From Brevundimonas sp. (GTDB taxonomy: Bacteria; Pseudomonadota; Alphaproteobacteria; Caulobacterales; Caulobacteraceae): DNA of 64,000 nucleotides. Shown piece after piece: positions 57,581 through 64,000 of the stretch. The notes beneath the pieces were generated by a model, which saw only the letters and a list, made by a program, of their open reading frames with translations, was not told where the DNA came from and made no database searches. Where the stretch lies: assembly GCF_030704825.1 (NCBI RefSeq), contig NZ_JAUYNX010000015.1, positions 14,687 to 78,686 of the forward strand, given 5' to 3'. Each line of letters begins with the position of its first letter. Position 1 is the stretch's first letter. A program made the position numbers and the translations under genes.

Positions 57581-59245
57581 ATGACGGATGCGGCGGACGC
57601 GAAGGCGGGCCCGGGCCTGAAGACGGTGGTGATCGCCTCGGCGGCCGGCACGGCGTTTGAATGGTACGACTTCTTCGTCTTCGGATCGCTGACCACCATC
57701 ATCGCCCGGCATTTCTTCGCCGACGCCGGCGAGACCGTCGCCTACATCATGGCACTGCTGACCTTCGGTCTCGGCTTCGTGGTCCGGCCGCTGGGGGCCC
57801 TGGTGTTCGGCTGGTTCGGCGACCGGACCGGACGCAAGACCACCTTCCTTGTCACCATCACCCTGATGGGTCTGGCGACCGTGGCGATCGGTCTGCTGCC
57901 CGACTACGGCCAGATCGGTCTCGCGGCCCCGATCCTGCTGCTGATCATGCGGATGCTGCAGGGCTTCGCCCTGGGCGGGGAGTACGGCGGGGCGGCCATC
58001 TATGTGGCCGAGCATTCGCCGCCGAAGAAGCGCGGCCTGCTGACCGGCTGGATCCAGACCACGGCCGCCTTCGGTCTGATCGGGGCGCTGGCGGTGATCC
58101 TGGTCACGCGGGGGATCGTCGGCATCGAGGCCTTCGACGAATGGGGCTGGCGCATCCCCTTCCTGCTGTCGGCCCTGCTGCTGGCCGTATCGCTGTGGAT
58201 TCGGCTGAGACTCAACGAGAGCCCGGCCTATCAGCGCATGGAGGCCGAGGCGTCCGATACCGATCACCGCGCGCCTTACAAGGAGGCCTTCTTCCAGTGG
58301 GACAACGGCCGGTTCGTGCTGATCGCCCTGTTCGGCATCATGATCGCCCAGGGGGCGGTCTGGTACTGCGGCTATTTCTACACCCGGTTCTTCATGGAGC
58401 GGGTGCTGAAGGTCGACACCAACACCGTCGACCAGCTGGTCCTGGCGGTGACGGTGGCCTCGGCGGGGCTGTACGTCTTCTTCGGCTGGCTGTCGGACCG
58501 GCTGGGGCGCAAGCCGGTGATGCTGTTCGGCATGATCCTGGCGCTGGTCGCCTTCTTCCCGGGTTTCCATGCCTTGACCCGCGCCGCCAATCCGGCCCTG
58601 GCCGAGGCCCAGGCCGCCGCGCCCGTGACCGTGGTCGCCGATCCCGCCACCTGCGCCCTGCAGTTCGATCCGATCGGCAAGGCGGCCTTCGCCAGCTCCT
58701 GCGACATCGCCAAAAGCGTGCTGTCGAACGCGGGGGTCTCCTATGACAACGTCGAGGCGATCGCCGGCTCGGTGGCCAGCGTCCGCATCGGCTCGACGGA
58801 GGTGGTCTCGGTCGAGGGCGCCGGCCTGTCGCCCGTTGACCTGAAGGCTGCGCGGGCCGGGGTTGAGACGCGGATCAAGGCGGTCCTGGTGGAGGCCGGC
58901 TATCCGGCGAAGGCCGATCCGGCGCGGATCAACATGCCCCTGGTCTTCGCCATCCTGATGATCTTCATGGTCGCGGCGACGGCCCTGTACGGACCCCAGG
59001 CGGCGGCCCTGGTCGAGCTGTTTCCGACGCGGGTGCGCTACACCGCCATGAGTCTGCCCTACAACATCGGCACCGGCTGGGTCGGCGGCTTGCTGCCGGC
59101 CGCCAGTTTCGCCTTGGTGGCCTGGTCGGGGAACATCTATTTCGGCCTCTGGTATGCCGTGGCCTTCACCGCCGTGGCCGCCGTCGTCGCCCTGATCTGG
59201 CTGCCCGAAACCCGGGCCCGGGATCTGCACACGATCGGAACCTGA
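57581..59245 (+). CDS. MFS transporter, metabolite:H+ symporter (MHS) family
   Basis: GTAFEWYDFF, RPLGALVFGWFGDRTGRK, QGFALGGEYGG, ELFPTRVRYTAMS. Confidence 0.88.
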   Translation: MTDAADAKAGPGLKTVVIASAAGTAFEWYDFFVFGSLTTIIARHFFADAGETVAYIMALLTFGLGFVVRPLGALVFGWFGDRTGRKTTFLVTITLMGLATVAIGLLPDYGQIGLAAPILLLIMRMLQGFALGGEYGGAAIYVAEHSPPKKRGLLTGWIQTTAAFGLIGALAVILVTRGIVGIEAFDEWGWRIPFLLSALLLAVSLWIRLRLNESPAYQRMEAEASDTDHRAPYKEAFFQWDNGRFVLIALFGIMIAQGAVWYCGYFYTRFFMERVLKVDTNTVDQLVLAVTVASAGLYVFFGWLSDRLGRKPVMLFGMILALVAFFPGFHALTRAANPALAEAQAAAPVTVVADPATCALQFDPIGKAAFASSCDIAKSVLSNAGVSYDNVEAIAGSVASVRIGSTEVVSVEGAGLSPVDLKAARAGVETRIKAVLVEAGYPAKADPARINMPLVFAILMIFMVAATALYGPQAAALVELFPTRVRYTAMSLPYNIGTGWVGGLLPAASFALVAWSGNIYFGLWYAVAFTAVAAVVALIWLPETRARDLHTIGT

Positions 59246-59253
59246 GCGACGGT

Positions 59254-59333
59254 CGTTCGCGGGCGGTCATCCACGCTTCGCGAACGAACAGGCGCCGCCG
59301 TTCGCGAACGGCGCGCGCCCGAACCCGCAAACG
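59254..59333 (+). promoter_or_regulatory. Four iterated TTCGCGAACG-like boxes, candidate LytTR binding sites
   Basis: Boxes start at 59256, 59277, 59301 and 59324 (spacing 21, 24, 23). Confidence 0.5.
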
Positions 59334-59416
59334 ACGTGGCGGGGCGCCGGGCAGCGCTCCACGGTCGGTCCATCGAAACGGCCCGGTCGTCGGGCCTCGC
59401 ACGAAGGACACGTCTC

Positions 59417-59851
59417 ATGATCCGCCTCGCCTCCGCCGCCGTCGCCCTGCTGCTCACCGCCGCCCCCGCCTTGGCCCAGTCGGCCGACGATTCCAGGATC
59501 GTCCTGACCTTCGAGACCGGCGCCCGCACCGGCATGGTCATGATCGCCCTGTACGACTCCGCCGGCGCCTTCGACGGCTCGGGCGCCGGCGACGGGGCGG
59601 TCGCCCGCACCGCCATCTCCGCTTCGGGCCGCGTCGTCGCCGCCTTCGATAACCTGCCCGCCGGCGACTATGCGGTGAAGGCGTTCCACGACGTCAACGG
59701 CGACGGTGAGATGAACACCAATCCGTTCGGCATGCCGACCGAACCCTATGCCTTCTCGAACAACGCCGTCGGCAACATGGGCCCCGCCCGCTGGGACCGC
59801 GCCCATTTCGCCGTCTCGGGCGAGACCGCCCAGACCATCAACATCCGATAA
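59417..59851 (+). CDS. DUF2141 family secreted protein
   Basis: Signal peptide (PALA); F.NLP.G.YAV..FHD.NG.GE...N.FGMP.E.Y.FSNN...GP..W..A.F. Confidence 0.85.
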   Translation: MIRLASAAVALLLTAAPALAQSADDSRIVLTFETGARTGMVMIALYDSAGAFDGSGAGDGAVARTAISASGRVVAAFDNLPAGDYAVKAFHDVNGDGEMNTNPFGMPTEPYAFSNNAVGNMGPARWDRAHFAVSGETAQTINIR

Positions 59852-59937
59852 GCAGCCTGCCGCCGGCCGCGCGTTCCCGCCTGAGGGGGGAATGACGTGG
59901 CTCGCTGCTTGAGACCGCGCCCATCAGGAGATTTCCC

Positions 59938-61398
59938 ATGCACGCTTCCCGCCGCAACTTCCTGATGGGCGCCGCCGCCCTGTCAGCCGCCGTCGTCACG
60001 CCGGAAACGGTCCGCGCCATGGCCGCGATGCAGGCCACCGCCGACTGGGCCCTGGCCACCGCCGACCTCGAGGCCGATGTCGTCCCCCGTGCCATGCGGC
60101 TGGTCCACGGCCGCGCCCCGGCCGGCCTGACCGGGACCCTGTTCCGCAACGGCCCGGCCAAATTCCGCCGCCCCGGCGGCTCGGCCACCCACTGGTTCGA
60201 CGGCGACGGCCTGATGCGGGCTTTCCGCGTCGCCGACGGCCAGGTGACGCTCGACGCCCGCTTCGCCGACACCCCCAAACGCCGCTGGGAGTCCGAGATT
60301 GACGCCGTCGTCACCCCCGGCTTCGGCACCGCCGGCGACGCCCGCGCCCGCATCGGCGGCACGGATGACGCCAACGCCGCCAACACCGCCGTCATGGTCG
60401 CGGGCGACGAAGTCTGGGCCCTCTGGGAGGGCGGCTCGCCGACGGCCATGGACGCGTCCGACCTGTCGACCAAACGCTTCGTCGCCCTGCGCGACGACCT
60501 CAAGGGCATGCCCTTCCAGGCCCACCCGCGCTATGACCCCGACGGCACGATCTGGAACATCGGCCTGAACGGCGGCCAGGCCATCGTCTGGCGGCTCAAC
60601 GCCGACCGCAGCCTGCACACGGCGGACGTCATCGACCTGCCGCGCGCCAGCTTCATGCACGACTTCACAGCCACGGCGCGGCATCTGATCTTCGTGCTTC
60701 AGCCCTGGGTCCATGACCGCCAGGGCATGCCTTACGCCGCGCGCTTCGCCTGGAAGCCCGAGCTGGGGACCCAGATCATGGTCGTCGACAAGGCCGACCT
60801 CTCGCGCCGCCGGATCTTCGAACTGCCGACCTTCAGTTATTTCCATCTCGGCGACGCCTGGGAGGACGCCTCCGGGACGATCCGCTTCGACGTCGCCGCC
60901 GGCAAGGACGTGGCCTTCGCCATCGAGGGCGCCCGCGTGCTGGTCGAACAGCGCGGTTCGGTGCCCGGCGAGCACGCCGTGCTGAACCTGATTACTCTGC
61001 ATACGGACGGCCGGGCCGAAATGGCCTCCAGCGGCGTCACGGCGGAGTTCCCGAAAAACGATCCCCGCCGCGCCGGCCTGCCGCGCCGTCTCACCGCCCA
61101 CGTCGCCGGCGAACGACCGGACCGGCCGCTGCCGACCGGTCTGGCGACCTGGGACTGGGACTCGGGAAGGTCCGACTATTTCAACTTCGGCGACACGCAG
61201 ATCGTGGAGGAGGCCGTCTTCGTGCCGCGCGGCCCGAACGAGACCGACGCCTGGCTGATCGCCCCCTCGATCAATCTGCGCGAAGGCGTCACCGAACTGC
61301 ACGCCTTCGACGCCGCCCGCGTCTCCGCCGGCCCGGTCGCCACCTGGCGCGCCGACGTGGCCCTGCCGGCCGGCTTCCACGGGGTGTGGGCCGGCTAG
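59938..61398 (+). CDS. Carotenoid oxygenase (RPE65/CCD/LSD) family dioxygenase with Tat signal
   Basis: SRRNFL twin-arginine motif; GTLFRNGP, HWFDGDG; four Fe-His motifs (AHP, MHDF, FHL, FHG); EEAVFVP. Confidence 0.88.
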   Translation: MHASRRNFLMGAAALSAAVVTPETVRAMAAMQATADWALATADLEADVVPRAMRLVHGRAPAGLTGTLFRNGPAKFRRPGGSATHWFDGDGLMRAFRVADGQVTLDARFADTPKRRWESEIDAVVTPGFGTAGDARARIGGTDDANAANTAVMVAGDEVWALWEGGSPTAMDASDLSTKRFVALRDDLKGMPFQAHPRYDPDGTIWNIGLNGGQAIVWRLNADRSLHTADVIDLPRASFMHDFTATARHLIFVLQPWVHDRQGMPYAARFAWKPELGTQIMVVDKADLSRRRIFELPTFSYFHLGDAWEDASGTIRFDVAAGKDVAFAIEGARVLVEQRGSVPGEHAVLNLITLHTDGRAEMASSGVTAEFPKNDPRRAGLPRRLTAHVAGERPDRPLPTGLATWDWDSGRSDYFNFGDTQIVEEAVFVPRGPNETDAWLIAPSINLREGVTELHAFDAARVSAGPVATWRADVALPAGFHGVWAG

Positions 61399-62174
61399 TA
61401 CCAGCCAGCCTCGCGCAGGGCCTTGGCATAGCGTCGGCTGACCGGGGCCTCGACGCCGCCCTCCAGCGTCAGGGTCGCCCGGCCGTCGCCGCGGCTGACG
61501 CCCCGTACCGCGTCCTTCGCGACCCACCAGCTGCGATGCGTCTGCGCCCCCTCCAGCCCCTCCAGTTCGGCCAGGGCGTCGGACAGCCGCATCAGGATCA
61601 GGTCCGAGCCGCGATCGGTGTGGATGCGCAGATAATGGTCCTCCGACTGGACCGCCCGGACGACCGCGCCCTTCAGCCTGAACGGCAGCCGGTCGATGAA
61701 CCGGGCCGGCTTCGCCCCGGGCGCCGCGGCATGTGTCTGCACCGGCGTCCGCGCCAGAAAGACGTTCAGGGCGCTCAGCGAACCCGTCACGATCATCACC
61801 GGCCCGAGGAAGTCGGGAAGCCGCGCCAGGACGATCGTCCGGTCATCGTCGAAGAACCGGCTCGTGATCCCCCAGACCATCACCGCCAGTGGCCCCGAGA
61901 TCACCAGGGTCAGGGCCAGGACCGCCAGCCAGGGTCGCCGGTCCATGTCCACACGCCGTTCGACCAGCCGCGAGCACAGATGCCCCCAGGACGCCCCGAT
62001 CAGCATCATCGGCAGCCAGTAGGTCAGCCGAAACAGCAGCGAGGTCTCGCCCATGCCGAAAGCCCCGGTGAGGGCCAGAACGACGCCTCCGGCCAGGGCC
62101 ACGGAGAGGCCGCGCAGCAGGTTCCTGTCGACCTCGAAGCGGACGACGTTCTGCGGCGTCTCCCGCTCGCTCAC
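61395..62174 (-). CDS. Membrane-anchored LytTR-domain transcriptional regulator
   Basis: GTG 62174 overlaps the TetR stop; four hydrophobic helices, then SEDHYLRIHT...LMRLSDAL..L...G.QTHRSWWV. Confidence 0.85.
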   Translation of the reverse strand: MSERETPQNVVRFEVDRNLLRGLSVALAGGVVLALTGAFGMGETSLLFRLTYWLPMMLIGASWGHLCSRLVERRVDMDRRPWLAVLALTLVISGPLAVMVWGITSRFFDDDRTIVLARLPDFLGPVMIVTGSLSALNVFLARTPVQTHAAAPGAKPARFIDRLPFRLKGAVVRAVQSEDHYLRIHTDRGSDLILMRLSDALAELEGLEGAQTHRSWWVAKDAVRGVSRGDGRATLTLEGGVEAPVSRRYAKALREAGWY

Positions 62175-62884
62175 GCCGGACCCGCCGGACCCGCCGGGCC
62201 GCAAACCGCCCGGAACCCGGCCGCCGCGAACCGCACCATATAGTCGGAGGCGGTTTCCAGATCGCCGGACCGGCACAGGCCGTCCGACAGCCGGTCCAGC
62301 CGCCCGGTCTCGCCCAGGGTCAGCGTCAGGGCCCCCGACAGATTGTGGTAGGCCCAGTACAGGTCGACCTCGCGCGCTTCCGGCATGATCACCTTGACCA
62401 GCTCGATCAGGCGTCGGATCGCGGGGTCGAAATAGCGGGCCATGGTCTCGCCGCCGAAGGTCGGGTTGGCGTTGGTCTGGGCCACCAGGGCGGAATAGTG
62501 CTTCCACCCCGGCCCGCCCTTCAACGACCACTGGAACGGCGGCCGCAGGAAAGCCTCGAACAACCCTTCCAGGGTCATGCTCCCGGATCCGGTCTCGCGG
62601 GCGTAGCGGTTGATCGCATCGACCCGCTCGTTGTTCCAGACCTCGGCCCGGCGCAGGAAGACCGCGTCGAACAGGCCTCGCTTGGCCCCGAAATAGTAGT
62701 GGACCAGCGCCGTATCGACCCCGGCCTCGCGCGCCACCTCGCGGATGGTGACGCCATAGAAGCCGTGCTTGGAGAACAGGTCTTCGGCCGCGTCCAGGAT
62801 CAGGTCGCGGGTGTCGGCGGAGCCCGCGGTCTTGGCCTTGGGCGGGCGGCCACGCCGGGTCGGCGGCGCATCGAGCTTGGTCAT
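62171..62884 (-). CDS. TetR/AcrR family transcriptional regulator
   Basis: TRDLILDAAEDLFSKHGFYGVTIREVAREAGVDTALVHYYFGAK. Confidence 0.92.
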   Translation of the reverse strand: MTKLDAPPTRRGRPPKAKTAGSADTRDLILDAAEDLFSKHGFYGVTIREVAREAGVDTALVHYYFGAKRGLFDAVFLRRAEVWNNERVDAINRYARETGSGSMTLEGLFEAFLRPPFQWSLKGGPGWKHYSALVAQTNANPTFGGETMARYFDPAIRRLIELVKVIMPEAREVDLYWAYHNLSGALTLTLGETGRLDRLSDGLCRSGDLETASDYMVRFAAAGFRAVCGPAGPAGPA

Positions 62885-62968
62885 GGCCCATGACTAGGCC
62901 GCAATCCCCCGCCTGTGCAACGGCGCCACAGGTCCGGGCGGACGGTGACGCGGGGGAAGCTGCGCCGT

Positions 62969-63023
62969 TTGACAGCGAGCCGAAAACGACTACGGTCCCG
63001 GAAAATCATTGAACGCTGAATAA
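62969..63023 (+). promoter_or_regulatory. Promoter and candidate TetR operator of the TonB-dependent receptor
   Basis: TTGACA at 62969; imperfect palindrome tcATTGAACGCTGAATaa at 63006-63023. Confidence 0.5.
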
Positions 63024-63062
63024 AAAGCGTCGTCGGCTGGAAACACAGAATTGGGGCTACCT

Positions 63063-64000
63063 ATGAATCGTTACGTGAAGACCGCCTTGCTCGCCGGCGC
63101 CGCCTGGAGCGCGCTGTCCACCTTCGCCATGGCCCAGGACGCACCGCCGCAGGACGGCGCGTCGGCCCTTGATGACGTCGTCGTCAGCGCCCGCCGCCGC
63201 GACGAACTGCTGAAGGACGTGCCGATCTCGGTCTCGGCCATCGGCGAGGAACGTCTGGAGCAGACCGGCGCCTCGGACATCACGGCCCTGCAGCAGCAGA
63301 CCCCGAACGCGACCGTGCAGGTCGCGCGCGGCTCGAACTCGACCCTGATCTCCTTCATCCGCGGCGTGGGCCAGCAGGATCCGCTGTGGGGCTTCGAGCC
63401 CGGCGTGGGCCTGTATGTCGATGACGTCTACGTCGCCCGCCCCCAGGGCGCCGTGCTGGACATCTACGACGTCCAGCGCATCGAGGTGCTGCGCGGACCG
63501 CAGGGCTCGCTCTACGGCCGCAACACCGTCGGCGGCGCGATCAAATATGTCACCAACCGCCTGTCGAACGATCCGGAACTGACGCTGCGCGGCGCCTACG
63601 GCAGCTATAACCAGATCGACCTCATGGCCTCGGGCAGCGTTCCGCTGGCCGATAATTTCCGCGTCGGCGGCGCCATCGCCAGCTATCAGCGCGACGGCTA
63701 CGGAACCAACATCAACACCGGGGCCGAGCACTACAACAAGGACGTCCTGGCCGGCCGGTTGAGCGCGGAATGGGAGCCGGCCGACAACCTGTCCGTCCGC
63801 CTCGCCTATGACCGGGTCCAGGACGATTCCAATCCCCGCCACGGTCACCGCGAAGTGGCCGGCGCGACCCCGGCCGGCGCCGTCCTGCCCAGCGTCTACG
63901 ACACCAACGCCGGGATCGGCGACGACAACTCGGTGATGAACCAGGGCGCCTCGGCGACGATCCAGCTGGATGTGAACGACCACTGGACCTTCAAGTCGAT
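63063..64000 (+). CDS. TonB-dependent receptor (5' part, runs off the window)
   Basis: Signal peptide MNRYVK...AMA; DDVVVSARRR TonB box; plug motif RIEVLRGPQGSLYGRNTVGGAI. Confidence 0.92.
   Translation, partial: MNRYVKTALLAGAAWSALSTFAMAQDAPPQDGASALDDVVVSARRRDELLKDVPISVSAIGEERLEQTGASDITALQQQTPNATVQVARGSNSTLISFIRGVGQQDPLWGFEPGVGLYVDDVYVARPQGAVLDIYDVQRIEVLRGPQGSLYGRNTVGGAIKYVTNRLSNDPELTLRGAYGSYNQIDLMASGSVPLADNFRVGGAIASYQRDGYGTNINTGAEHYNKDVLAGRLSAEWEPADNLSVRLAYDRVQDDSNPRHGHREVAGATPAGAVLPSVYDTNAGIGDDNSVMNQGASATIQLDVNDHWTFKS

Noticed and set aside
62175-62891. 498 aa ORF 61395-62891 as a long LytTR fusion
   Set aside because: The N-terminal half is an alternative frame of tetR; LytTR starts at GTG 62174.

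Overview
A 64 kb, very GC-rich chromosomal window from a Caulobacteraceae alphaproteobacterium, most likely Brevundimonas, judged from the phyR/nepR-sigT-phyK-entericidin synteny, eipA and pentapeptide genes. It is mostly core genome: hisN, ibpA, gpmA, PMM/PGM, glmM, glmS, galU, infC, rpmI-rplT, pheS-pheT, sqdB, thpR, gcdH, sucCD-sucAB and the general stress response locus. Small accessory genes are scattered through it, and a TonB-dependent receptor is cut by the right edge. I see no rRNA, tRNA, CRISPR array, integrase or transposase. Best leads: (1) a DUF2141 + Tat-exported carotenoid-oxygenase-family operon with iterated TTCGCGAACG boxes upstream and a convergent 4-TM LytTR regulator; (2) an unannotated plus-strand sRNA candidate with C-rich/CCUCC loops and a SigT-like promoter beside the DUF2794 gene; (3) two inverted copies of a ~137 bp CGTC-type REP dimer with a conserved spacer; (4) inverted heptamer arrays abutting the hisN start; (5) a frameshifted DUF2007-like gene; (6) unknown genes inserted into the pheST and suc operons; (7) a ROSE thermometer on ibpA and an ATT start on infC. 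Family assignments come from motif recognition by eye, not from database searches.
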